64,000 nucleotides of DNA from Styela clava. Its lineage: Eukaryota. Below, in pieces: positions 27,186 through 40,092 of the stretch. The position numbers and the translations under genes were made by a program. The notes below the pieces were generated by a model. The model worked only from the letters and a program-made list of their open reading frames with translations. It was not told the DNA's origin and made no database searches. Each line of letters opens with the position of its first letter. Within the stretch, counting starts at the first letter, position 1. The stretch is from the NCBI RefSeq assembly GCF_964204865.1, contig NC_135262.1, forward strand, positions 7,998,001 to 8,062,000. Reading direction: 5' to 3'.

Positions 27186-30100
27186 TTAAATTTCAGTTTC
27201 TTCTTCGTCTTCTGAAGCTGACGGCCGACCTCTGACCTCCTCATACCATTTGTTGGTTAATTGTTGCATTTGAGTTCTATTTCTAATCAATTCCTGTGAA
27301 AAGAGATGGAAACAGGCATTCGAGTATATGATTTCATTCTGATGAAGAGCAATGTCAGCAAGACATACCAAGCCTCTCATCCTGCATCAGAACAGTGATG
27401 AAAATTAAAACTGACCAGCCATTATATGTACGATAAGGCTGGTAATATCAGCAAAAACCATTAACTTGACAAAATATATCTTGAGTTACTATCATGGATT
27501 TATGCAGCGGTTTTACTTTCGAGTTTCCAGGTGCTAACCAAATACTAATCATACCAACTTCATTACTCTTTGCAATCATTCACTACCCAAGATCAATTAA
27601 GTGATAAACGAACGGGCTAACTATTCTCAACTGTAGTCAACACCCTGTACGAAAGGGAAGAAAAGTACAACAAACTTGCACATTGCAAAACCCACACATT
27701 TGATCTGTAGAACAGGCTCTCTCTCAGTCTCACCCTTTACTTATTTATAAATGTCAGTTTACCCCTCTTGTGGACTGTTTATGATATCGCACTGTAAGTA
27801 AACTATGAAATATAGCACAGAGGCTAGAAGTCTCTGCAGCAAGAGCATATTAGTATCTATTCAACAAAAGTACTTCTATGCTGTCAACAGCCACATTTGG
27901 CCTTGTACCCCTAGTTGAGAATCGCTGCTGTAAGTATGTGTACCAATATGGAGTTAACTAATTTTGTTCGCCTACTTTACATCAAGTTGTGTAAAGGGAC
28001 TGAAACCTATGGGCAGGGGGTATATCCATTTGGCTAACACAGCCATTCCCATACTCGTGATAGAACTAAAATAAGGGAAATCGGAATAAAATTATGGCCT
28101 AACCCTAACCTGGTACACATATTACGGAAGTACCGGCCACCAAGCATAATACATTAAAGTGTCAGGTAAAAAGCCTACCATTTTTGTTATTCTTCTTGTA
28201 AAAAACGGCATTAGATATTTTGCATCAAAATATGCAAATCCTTTCAATTCTGGTCTCGCAGAAATATATTTTTCTTCGTATTCTTCTTCCGTTAGCTCAG
28301 AAATATGATCTGATTCGATCGCTTTTCCTAACTCTTCAGTTTTACTCATTGTTAAACCGAGTCCGACTGTTTTTAAATCCTGAACTTTCAGACACTGAAA
28401 TAAATTGTAAAGAGCTTTAAAAGTAGAAAAAGTCATTTCTAGGGTAGGACTGTAAAGATAAATGATCAACCCTTACCCTGACAACTGGGAACGTTGCTCC
28501 GCCAAGTAATAATAAAGTGAACAAAACAATAATTAGAGAAGTTGTGATGATAACTTGACGTTTTTCATCGCTGTCAAGCTCCAGATGAAGACTTAAAACA
28601 TAACAAATGGCTCCTCTCAAACCTGAAAAAGGATGACATATTATATTAGAAAACAAAATATCCAAATCTTTGACCAATCGCCATTGTTCTACAATTTCGG
28701 GTCACGAAAAGCGAATTACTGTGTGTATATTTCAAATAATTTGGTTATGATAAGTCGAAAAAAATATTTATGAGATATCAACTGCTTGTTCACAACCCAC
28801 AATGCGAGGGATTTGATGATGATACTTTTTTAATTTTTGTAAAAAAAAAATTTTGACTAAAAAATTTGAAAATTTGAAATCCAGTGAAAACAAGCCAAAA
28901 CTCCGAATCCACAACCCTTCGTCAAAGATTGTTAACATTAGTTTTGAGAATATAAAAAAACACATATACAGATGACAATCAGCAAATATTTTATTACTTA
29001 CCACTAAACCACATGATAAACTGCATTCTTTTTGTTATTTTTGTATCTCGGAAATGATTTAATATCCATGATAAAGGATAAATATTAAGAGCTCTGGCGA
29101 GTAACAGGAGAACCTATAGTAAAAGGTAGCGTTCAAATAATAGAATGAGCGCCTTGCTTCATACAGTCATGTCAGTATAATCTGCTAGGATTGAGACAAT
29201 AACTGTCAATTTGATAATTCTTTCGAACTTCCTGGTGTCAGGTTAACAGTCTGAATTTAGGATTCAAATTATGATTATTATTTAAATTAATATGAGTCAA
29301 GACTTTAAAAACCCAATAATGACTATTTGTGTGACAACATTATGATTCATATCAGAGATATAATGATTTTGTTATGAGGCCATAAATCAATCGAAAAATG
29401 TGAGGAGGGGCAGCTACAAGAGGTTCTTTTATAACTCAAAACTCCCTAATAACAAATAGGAGTACCGAACAAAAATTAATATCAATAGACTTAATTACCA
29501 GTAATAACATTGGCAAATGGAGGAAAACCAAAATTTGAAATCATCATCACACATTTTGAACAGAGCTCGAAAAATTATTACAAATCTAATGAAAGAAAGA
29601 AACTTGTCCTTTTGCCACAAAACCAAGAATTAAACAAATTGTTATCGTGCCGAATTCGTGGCCTAGTGGCTAAATTGTTAGAGACTTAGATATGTTAACA
29701 TTGAAAGGTAAAATCTCAGGTTCGAATCCCATTCCCATCACCTCACCCAGGGTGTATGAATTGCGTAGGCTCTGTCGAACCCTAAATATTCCCGTTCTTC
29801 AGGGCAATAGTAGATTCTTACCCAGCAGTCAGCTGCTTGTATAGAGCCTTGTATGAAGTGAAAGACGCACAAAAAAAATTTAAATATTCACATTGAATAC
29901 AACTGTAACATGAAAAAATATTCAGATTGTTAAACTATGAAATTTTAGATTACAACTCACAATGCTCCAAATAACAAATGCTGGTTGGAAATTGTGTTGA
30001 AAACTGAAGATTGCCATTCCAAGATATGCAAACACACTTGTTTCTGTATAAATTAAGTGAAATTAAATGTTCCATATTACTACTACTATTATCAATATTA

Positions 30101-33100
30101 TTACTATTCAGTGTAGAAAAGGCTCGAGTAACCATTTATAAAACACTTAGAGCATTCAGCAGTGGTTCTCAAACTTTTTACTACCCACCCCCTTGTTTAG
30201 AATTTGCCAAGTCTCGCACCCATCCTCAAAAATAAAGAGCTAACAATAAGCTACGATACAAATAACAGGTAGTAAGGTGAAAGTATGTTTCAGTCAAAAA
30301 ACCTGTTAAATATCCGCAATAAGGCGGGCGAGATCAAACCTAACAAATATTTTCATTTTTAATGGGGAGCGCCCCATCGTTTGCAAACCACTGACTTAGA
30401 GTGACTTAAGTCACTCGTAAATATTATCAACTGCCCACTAGTGGGTTGTGACTCAGTGATAGACTCGATTTCTCACTCAGATGACCGGTGTCTCGACCTG
30501 TGACCTACAGACTCCTACTTAGCACTGTTACTATTAGTGAGTGACTATAAATTCATTATACCTGCCATATAAGCCAGTGTTCTGAGTGTCTGCTGAATGT
30601 TTATTTGTGTCACGAGTGATAGATTGTGATGTGTATAATGTGACATAACTATCCCAGCAAACAGTATTGCCATTATGCCTGAAAATTGAAAATATTTTAG
30701 GAATACATTTGGGAGAAATCATAAAACCATGGATGGGTAGGATAACTGTACTAGAAAACATGATTTTATACTATTCCGAATACTTTAATTTTCTTAAGAT
30801 GATTAATACCATAATTTCAAATATTGGAGAGTAATTCTGATCATGTCATTCCCATCCTATGTTTTATATTAAATAACAAGACCATAATTTATGCCAACTT
30901 TTGATTTGTAAAATATACCGGTAACATAAAATATAATTTTCTGTTTTAGAAAGTCAAATTGAGCATTCACATGATTTGCGTGTTGTCAATCTTTATCAAA
31001 ATAACAAGATTTTAACACATTGACTACAGAAACACTATTTCATAAATTTGAAATTTTCAGGAAAATAAATATAAGTTTAATAATAAAGTCGATCAGAAAA
31101 ACATCTTAGTTTCCATATACACACTGCAATTTGGAAAAGTTCAGTAATCCTCTCACACATTAACACAGTCCTTGGACAAAGGCAATATTATCATAACTTG
31201 ATTAAATAATATCATAGAAAAAGTGGCACATATTAAAAAAAACATAAAGATGGTATTTAGGCGTACATGGTTGACTGGCATGTTTCTAACTACTGCTCTG
31301 TTGACTCTGCCTGTGTGTTTAGTATACCTATATCAACCAACTGTAAGGATAATGTAGCAAAAATCAAAACTAACTCAATAATAAATTTCTGTAACTACTA
31401 TCAAATTAATTTAGAAATAATATAGAAATTGATTATTTTCAAAATGAAACACAAGAAATTATTTGTTTAAAGCAGGATTTGAGAGCAACTAAATATAAAT
31501 GCAATGGATTACTAAATTAAGTATTAAGACAAACTGCATGACAAGCCTACAATAAATAAATGATTTTCCATTCCACAAAATGTTAAATCTGACACAAAAT
31601 CAGTTCTAACAAAAGCAAGACTTCAAACTGAACGCAATACCTGAAAATCCAGCTGCATGAACAATAATAGAAAAAGCAGTTTGATGTGAATTTATTTATA
31701 AAAGCATAGCATTTGTTATTGAAAAATTCAATTATCTTGTTATCTGGATTTCAGACCTGAGGTGCAGAATGCATAATAAAAATTTAATATAGAGAGCACA
31801 AAGAAAGTAAATCATAAATCACTAACTAAGAAGCTTAAAAAAAGTTGGGTAAACAAGTCAGATTTGACAATTTTATCATTGCACAAAAACAAAAGTTATG
31901 GCATTAAAAGTTATGTTTGTAATATTGACCTTTACAATAATTTGTAACTTTTTACTGTAGAATTGACAAAAAAAGACTCTTGAATCAGAAATGAGGTTAA
32001 ATTGACAAACACAAATTAAACAAACCATATAACAACTTACCCGAGAGTTTTAGTCCTTCTGCAAGACCATATGGAATATATGAAAATATCAACATCATTC
32101 CCATCTCCAAAGAAGGAGTTTTACGTAAATCAACCCACTTCATCAAGTAAAATACAGGTTAAGAAAACTATTCATTTGAATGCGTTGAAATTACAGGTTA
32201 AAGTAAGTTCAATAAATAAATAAATATTAATGATAAAAATAAGTTTTCAAATTAAATATCAGTGTATTGGATAAAAAACGGTGAAATGGATAAATATATG
32301 TCACATTGACACTAATACCACATTGTGTTTGACTAAAGTGATTTTAAAAGTCGAATTCGGATTTAGTAATATATTGATATCATTTACTTCCTCACTGACT
32401 CCAGTCTCCTCGACCCTGATCATCTTATTTTCTACAATATAAAATCTCTGAAATAATAGTTTATGCATTTTGTCCGGTTAACGAGCAGGAATTCAAAATA
32501 GGTATTAGAGACTATTTTTCAGATTTATTTAAAAAGATAATCCCTGGGTAATTCAATTCAAACAAAAACAATATTTATAAAGTTTTAAGTGATTTGAGCA
32601 TGATTTGAATTACAAACTAAGCCCGGAAGATAGAAATTGAGCTTAGAAATTGTGGAAAAGGATATCAATGCGCTGATTAAACCCAGCAGAACACCAAGTA
32701 ACGCAGATCCAAACATCATTCTTAAGAAGTCTGTGATTGCATGAGCGAATCTTGAGGATGTGTCATCCTCCGTTTCATTTGCTAATGCTTGGAAAGTGCT
32801 GAACAAAATATTAAAAAATTCATCAATAAATATTACATTTTCATTATCATATATCATTCAAATCTTTCCATTGGCTCAGAAAAAGTAACATTCAAATGCA
32901 AATTTCTATTTCAGTTGTAATGCAGCAAAATTATGATATTATATGCTTTATTGTATTTCAATTTATTAATGTTTAAAATTGAGTATTATTCTATGAATGT
33001 CACATGCACCCACATTATTATCCTGCACGCTAAAAGCCATCATCGGTAAATGCAATAAGTATACATATTATTTTTATGAAATAAACTTTTGGATCAATAC

Positions 33101-36100
33101 TTTTTCAAGTCATAAAACATAATTGTATTGGAAAAAATCATGTGACTATGTATGTCATGTGACATGATCACATGTCTCGGGATCAAGAATAACAATAGAA
33201 ATTACATTGTAAATCTTTAGAAATTTTTAACTGATTGAAGATCACTAGTATTGAAAATTGAACTGAACAAAATCACTCATTTTCTCAAATACCCAAATTT
33301 TTCACAGCTATAATTTTTATTATGCAAGGTTGCACACCAATAAACGTTTCTAACAAAAAAAAATTGTCTGCCTAATATTTGAAAATGTTTAAATTTGATC
33401 CAAAAATTTACATTCGTAATCCTTACTTTGTCAGTACAATCGACACTGCATCGTTGAGAATACTTTCACCAAACACCAACATATTGAGAACGGGATCCAC
33501 ATTTAATGCATTAAATATTGCAATAGTTGCTACAGGATCTACTGCTGATACGAGAGATCCAAATGCAAAACTGTAAAGTAAAAGACTTTTTTTTTATTAA
33601 CCAGACGACAAAGCTCAATTACAATTCGTATCTATAATTCATATTAAATGAATAATAACATGAAATTTACTGAAAAGCTCAAAATCAGCGAAAGCGAAAA
33701 ATTTAGGGTAAAACAAGAGCCCCACGAAACCCAGAAAACATATGAAAAAAATGATAGCTTCCGATTCCGACACTGCTCACGCTCAGTGTAAAATTTATTA
33801 TAAAAATTGATTCAATCCGATGATATCACTGCGCAAACCAACATTTGAAAATGAAAAGAAGAGTATAATTGCTCTCTTCATTTTATTAAATTGGTAGCTG
33901 TGATATAACTTGTAATAATAAACTCTACCTGTCTAACAAAGTAAGGTTATATGCAATTCCTGCAACTCCCATCAAATAAATTCCTCCGCCTACAAACATT
34001 GCAGATATTGTTGTTCCGATCACAGCAAATACCAATATAGATCCGATGTTTTGAAAAAAGTTTCCCTGAAGAATTATATATGATTGTATTATGGACGAGT
34101 AATACAGCTTGCTTTTGTGCATGTAAATGATCATACCACGATAGGATGACCAATACAGACCATCGTACTTATCTTTCAATGTTAATTTTGAAGAAATTTG
34201 ATTACCGTATTTCTATGTGTATAATACGCACATATGTATAATACGCAGGGCTCTTTTAGAATATGGATTGTACAATACACCAAGATCCATGCATAATACA
34301 CATGGCCGATTTCCATCACTCACTTGCGTTGACCGCATTTTTATCTTCGAGAAGCCAGACTGGACAACAACAACAGTCAAACTTTATCTTATCACTTATT
34401 TACACTGGTTATTGGAATATATGTGTTTCCCTTTCATAAACAGGATAGTCCATTCCGCGGGTGTGATTCTACTGCGACAAGCATGATCTAGTTATAACGG
34501 ACCTTGTCACATAAAATTAATATAAATAGGACGGAAACATGTATTCAGCAATTGCGTGTAAAATATCGATCAAGATTTTTTTAAAATTTTTCTATGCCAA
34601 TGCATAATACCCCCTAACTTTAGAGATGAAATCCGGTACCAGAAGTGTGTATTATACACAGAGAAACACGGTATTTTATGTCAATTTCTAAATGCGTTCA
34701 GATAAGAAGTACCGTCATTTTTAAGGAAGTAGATCGAATTTCAGGAAAGCACTTTTAATTCATCATGACAAACAGTTTGGAAACTCTCAGAGTAGAATAC
34801 GGTAAAAGTCAAACAAAAAATTAAATTTGTGATTACAAACCTTATGTAAAGAATATCCGGCTTCAAAAATGATTGGTGGAAGCAATAACAGGAAAAAAGT
34901 ATTTGGACTCAACATCTCTGCATCCTGAAAAAATAAGGAATATATTTATAAATAAGGAATCTTTTAAAACAATTAGGATAAAGAAAAAAAAAACATTTAA
35001 GATCTTTGTTTCTGGAGTCAGGAGGTAAGAGTTTGGCACAAGTTCTTCAGGGTGGAGAACTATCCAGAGTCGAGAGATAAGAGTTGAAATTTTGAAACCT
35101 CCAGAATCCGGAGGGATTTCGTACATTCAATGGTGATAATCAAATTCAAAAATTCAAATCTTCTTGCAGAAATTAAAAAAGCGTTCACAGTCTATTAAAC
35201 AGGGGTTGCATATATAGTTTTCAAAAACAAATTTATAAGAATCCTTTCTTAATTTTGAATTGGAATTATACTTGAACTAGACATCAAGACATGACCAATT
35301 TTAATTCCAGACAAAATCCTAAAAAGTTAATTTCGAATCATTCGAAAAACAAAAATCCATTAATAAATCATGATTTATCAATATGATTGATTTAAAAAAA
35401 TTTAAAACACTCTTTATATAATCAAACGAGAAAGATGAATTATTCCTACGTTGTTATATCTTACCAGCCAATTTCCAACTCCTGCTTTTTGCATCATCCT
35501 TACTACCCCTCCAATAGCAGCCCCTGCAAAGTGAAAAAGTAACAGTATTTTAGAAAACAATATTATGTGTTTCTCAAAATCAGAAAATACCCAGTCAAAC
35601 GTTCTCCATAGCCTACTGGAAACATTGCTAGTTCTTGAACTTCATCTGAAGTTTTGCTTGAGTGTCAATGACTTGAGGACTACTCGGAAGACAAAACAAT
35701 ACAAACTTTATTCTGCGTTCATGAATCATGAATAAGTAAGTATTAGAGAATAATAAAAAACTAAAGTATATTAGTAATACTCCAGCAAATACAAAGCAAA
35801 ATTCCACCCTGGAGAATTATTCCTGCCCTGTTGAGAAACATTGTTCTAACCATTGAAATCCCTGATCGGAATAAAATCATTTAACATTTTATTGCCATGC
35901 TCAGAGTAAAACATGTACAAAAGCTACAAAATCACAACTCCCAATATTTCAGATGATATACATTTTCTTATTGAATAATAAGAACTAAACAACTTACCTA
36001 AAAATACAACAGCAACACTGTCTGGCAAAAGATGAAATTTAAATTTGATGAGAAGATGAGTGAGCAATATGCATAGTGCTGTAAAAATAAAAACATAAAA

Positions 36101-38040
36101 TTGAAAACCAAAGCGATAAAGGCTGTTATCTGCTACCAAGGTCAACCAGACTTAATTCATTCAGTGATCGAGAATCGAGATACTAAGTTTTCAGAGTCGA
36201 GAAATCAGGGATTCCAAAATTTAATATTTCCTAAAAAAAAATTAAATGTGAATGAAATGAGCCTTTTTTTAGTCTGGGTAATTTTCTGCAGCCAGGGGGG
36301 TAAGGTGAGAAGGGATAAAAACACCCCTTATTTGAAATTTTTAGAAAACTGAAAAAGACGCCAATAATACCGGTAAGTTATTTTCAGAGGGTGATGAAGA
36401 GCTTTGTCCAAAGCGAAAAGCATAAATATGTTGTAAAAGAGGAAAATTGTTTATTCAGTTTAGGATTAGACAGTTTATGTATTTATACTCAACATATGAG
36501 GCTTTAACACAAAATATCAAAACTTGAAAAATCTGTCTTGAGAAAATAAGAAAACTGAATTCCCTGTAACTTTTTATTGAAATATTTTGGTGACTAATGC
36601 TAATTTGGTAACTAATCTAAACATGATTAGATACCAAGAATGCATTATTTTTGTTAATGTAAAATATCCAAATTTCAACATTTGCCTTTCCGGCTTGAGA
36701 CATTTGAATCAGCTAAAGTCAATCAATCAACATCATAATCAATCTTACCTAAAACAATTAAAATAAAGAAAATCTTCATGCTACTGCTCTGTTCTTCCTT
36801 CTGGGCTTCTTGGCCAGTTTGAATATTTGATATGGCTTCTTCAACTTGCTTTTTTCCTTCATCTTCTGTTGTTGTACTTATTGCTGTTGTTGTTGTTGTA
36901 AAATTATCAGACGCTGTGCTTTTGATTTCTTGAGGCCTAAAGTGATAAAGTGGAAAACAGTTAAGCTTCGTGCCAAAACTGAGCTATATTTTAGCCTAAA
37001 CAGTAAAATTTGGTTTTAGTTAGGTTGTGGCCGCATCAGACGGGCCAAATTGATGTACCCAACGAGCCAGATTTGGCTTGCGGGCTGTAGTTTGCCCATG
37101 TCGGCCTTATGGTCACAAAATTAACTGACTAGTATAAAACAACCATTTTTAAATAAAATTTATTTTCTCAAAAATTAACTAACGTGAGATATTCTTTTCT
37201 AATGACTCTATTAGAGTTATATAGCATATCGAACATACTGGAAAGGTAAGTGTAAAACATTTAGAATATTGTTCTGCCGCATTCACACTTCATTACAATA
37301 AGAGACAGAAACAAATCTCAACAAAACACCATAATAAAACCATTTACTGTATTAATTGCTACAAGAAGCAAATACATGTTCCAATTTCGTTCAATTACAT
37401 ATGTCGTAGCGAAATCAACATGTAAATACAACATATAATATAGCATTCTAAAATACGACACTGAATCAGAATAATGCCTCAAAAAAACTTGAAACATAAA
37501 TCATTTTGAAATTTACTTTCTTACAAAACATTGCAAAACAACCTAGAATAAACCTGTATTCAATTTTAGGACCCATGTCAAATAGAGCCATTTCAATATC
37601 TCTGAAGTAAAAGCTGATTATATCTCAGTGAAGGCTTGTTCAAAGCAAAGCAGTTATACACTTTATATTAATTTACCAAGCTTGTATAAGATTTTATTAT
37701 TTCTCAATAAAATTGATAATTATTCTCAAAAAAATAAATAATTTAAAATTCACAAAAATCATTTTCAAAGGCAGTTTTCGAATACTAAATCTATTCCATT
37801 ACCCAACATTCCACTAAGATTGTTCACCAGTTTTCTCTATTTATATTACTTTAATTAAATTGCTTTTATAATATAGAAAAAAACATACAAAGAGTCCACA
37901 TTCGTGTTTTTTGGTGCATCTTCTAAGGCTTGGCATGATATACAAAGAAATAAAACCAGGAATAATGATAATTTCCAAGTGCGGCCGATGGTTGAATATG
38001 TATTTATTTTCACTACGTAATTTACATTATTAAAAATCAT
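27186..38040 (-). CDS. SLC9A8: Sodium/hydrogen exchanger 8 (NHE8), 15 coding exons: 38040-37889, 36936-36749, 36078-35998, 35523-35465, 34924-34841, 34065-33929, 33570-33427, 32798-32666, 32146-32041, 30678-30562, 30043-29961, 29113-29002, 28622-28477, 28394-28179, 27293-27186 (~621 aa)
   Basis: All phases are consistent (1866 nt). Motifs: [103 protein letters not shown]. The C-terminus is NHE8-specific. Confidence 0.95.
29649..29878 (+). mobile_element. Second tRNA-derived SINE family member in an SLC9A8 intron
   Basis: Pol III box A TGGCCTAGTGG and box B GGTTCGAATCCC, a body unlike the other SINE family, and an A-rich tail. Confidence 0.6.
30160..30393. mobile_element. hAT MITE in an SLC9A8 intron
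   Basis: TIRs CAGTGGTTCTCAAAC / GTTTGCAAACCACTG. acttagag lies directly on the right and 7 nt away on the left. Confidence 0.7.
32147..32665 (-). other. U12-type (minor spliceosome) AT-AC intron in SLC9A8
   Basis: The 5' splice site is ATATCCTTT, the branch site TTTCTTAAC lies ~10 nt before a terminal AC, and splicing joins LISAL|[14 protein letters not shown] in frame. Confidence 0.92.
34205..34671. mobile_element. Tc1/mariner-pogo-type MITE
   Basis: TA TSDs, with TIRs CCGTATTTCTATGTGTATAATACGCAC / GTGTGTATTATACACAGAGAAACACGG. Confidence 0.75.
36945..37105 (-). mobile_element. Truncated copy of the 48073-48381 hAT MITE family, abutting the SLC9A8 exon-2 acceptor
   Basis: Reverse complement of the ggcaagctacggcccgcgggccaaatccggcttgttgggt...tgttttccacttt segment of 48073-48381. 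Confidence 0.6.
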
Positions 38041-39650
38041 GTTTAACTATCATCTGTTAACAAAAATTGCACAGTACAATGAATCCATTGAAAAGAAAAG
38101 AGCAAAAAAAAACACAGATTAAACCTTATAGTATCGCAGGATACATTCCAGTTCCAAATCCCAAGCACCCCCCCCCCCCCTCACCCAGGATATAACGTAT
38201 TGAAATGGCAATTTCGAACCAGAACAATTCCAGCCCCCAAATTCCATACCCCTAGATATCAGTGGCTGCCCATACAGGCCTTCATTTCCGAGAGAAAATG
38301 TGAATTAGCGTCATATAAGGAAATTAATAAACACACAATACATTAGAAATATCATAGTTCAATTTTTCAACAAAACTTATGATAAGGAAAACAGCATTTT
38401 AACTGTAATTCACCAAAAGCATGGCTTGTGAATAAAGTTTTCTTTGAAAAATAAAGTAGTTCTTGAAACAAAGTTGCAGAACTGTACAATTGATAAATGG
38501 GAAGTTTAGATTTTAGAATATTCAGAAAGCCTATTCATAAGAATTCAAAGATACCGGTAACTCCCATCCCAATATCCAAAAAAATTGAAAAGTAAAACCA
38601 AAATTCCAATTGAATTTTTTATGATATCGCCATACTCAAAAGCACTCACTCACTATAACAAGTAGTAAAGCACGCACAATTATAAATCAAAGTATGTATA
38701 TTGAAATCAAAATATAGATTGATCTTTGACAACGCACCATTCATGATAACCAATGCTTAAATTTTTTTTGATCAGATTCACAAGATGTGCAGTACCAAAT
38801 GTTATTCAAATATCCAATAAGCGACTCTTATTTATTCTGCACTACATTTTGTCTCAATGTCAATCAACAGATAGATATGTCATTGAGAGGTTTCATAACC
38901 AATAGCCTTATGTGCAAAAATAAATAGACAATACATTGAAACATTTAAATTAACAATCTCATATGAATACAGGATGAAAGGACCTGGTATTTCCTGCAAA
39001 AATAGCACGGAAATGAGTAATAATTGTAACAAAGAACTCATGTACTACCTAGTTATGTTGTAAGTATTGTCCAATTAATTAATACAATTCAAAAAAACAA
39101 AAAAATTTCTATCTGAAAATGAGTTTAATTAAACCAGAATTTCGAATTCTCAATAATTGGGAGGCAGTATATCAGACTTTCATTGGCTATAAGTGGTCTC
39201 AAAAGAAAAAAAATTGAATTGAAGGCTTGCATACCCCAAGCTTTTGTTCGATTTGGTTTCATGAAGTTCAGAGCTGAAGTAAAAATTTTCTTTAATCTGG
39301 AATTAGGCGAGATTCAAAAGTCAGTATTTATATGGCTCTCGGAATTTGAGGTCAGACGTAAATTTTTCCCATCCCTGATCCATATATTCAAAAATAGTTT
39401 GATTTAAATGATTTGAAATCCCACAAATATAACTCAATTCATGAAAAATATTTTCTGTGATACAACTTTATAAGTGAATTTGAAACAAGGCACATAATGA
39501 GATGTATAAGAAATAGATATCACCAATGAATAAGTCTAAAATAAAATTATGTTTGATGCTTCGTTATATGATTTAAATACAATATTTGTGACTGTAATTG
39601 ATTATTATAGTGTTATGAAAACTGATGTATCATTCATGTTATGATGACAA

Positions 39651-39790
39651 CGGTGGTTCATGTAACTGCTGGTCAGTTACAAGCTACAGTTTCCTCCAAC
39701 ATCAAGTCCATGCATCTGAAACAACTGGTTTAACTAATCCCATACCCGACAAGGACCAGAAACCAGACAAGAGCACTTGGTCGCCAGGTG
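39651..39790 (+). mobile_element. tRNA-SINE family fragment downstream of SNX25
   Basis: ggtggttcatgtaactgctggtc...caagtccatgcatctgaaacaa..taatcccatacccgac matches the reverse complement of the 52351-52693 core. Confidence 0.7.
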
Positions 39791-40092
39791 TATTGACAAT
39801 TGATAGCACAGCTGTGATATAATTTGCTATACAAAGGAGCATTTGTTGAAGTTTACGGTACAGTAGCTGTGCTTGCTAATATCCATGTTAATTTGTACAT
39901 CTTGACAATTTAACCACAAGTTCAGAACCAGATCATTTGATAGCTAGGTTGTTAGGTGGATTTGCAATTAAAATACATCATTTGCCAATTTGCATTGCAA
40001 TTTCAGCTTCTTAGAAAAATGTATTCAAATATTAAGATACCCACATACAAATAACTAATGTTAAAGATTAATCCCAGTGAAAAATTACATTC

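Noticed and set aside
27326-27395. CTGATGA-containing short inverted repeat as a second hammerhead
   Set aside because: No GAAA core or cleavage triplet in the required geometry.
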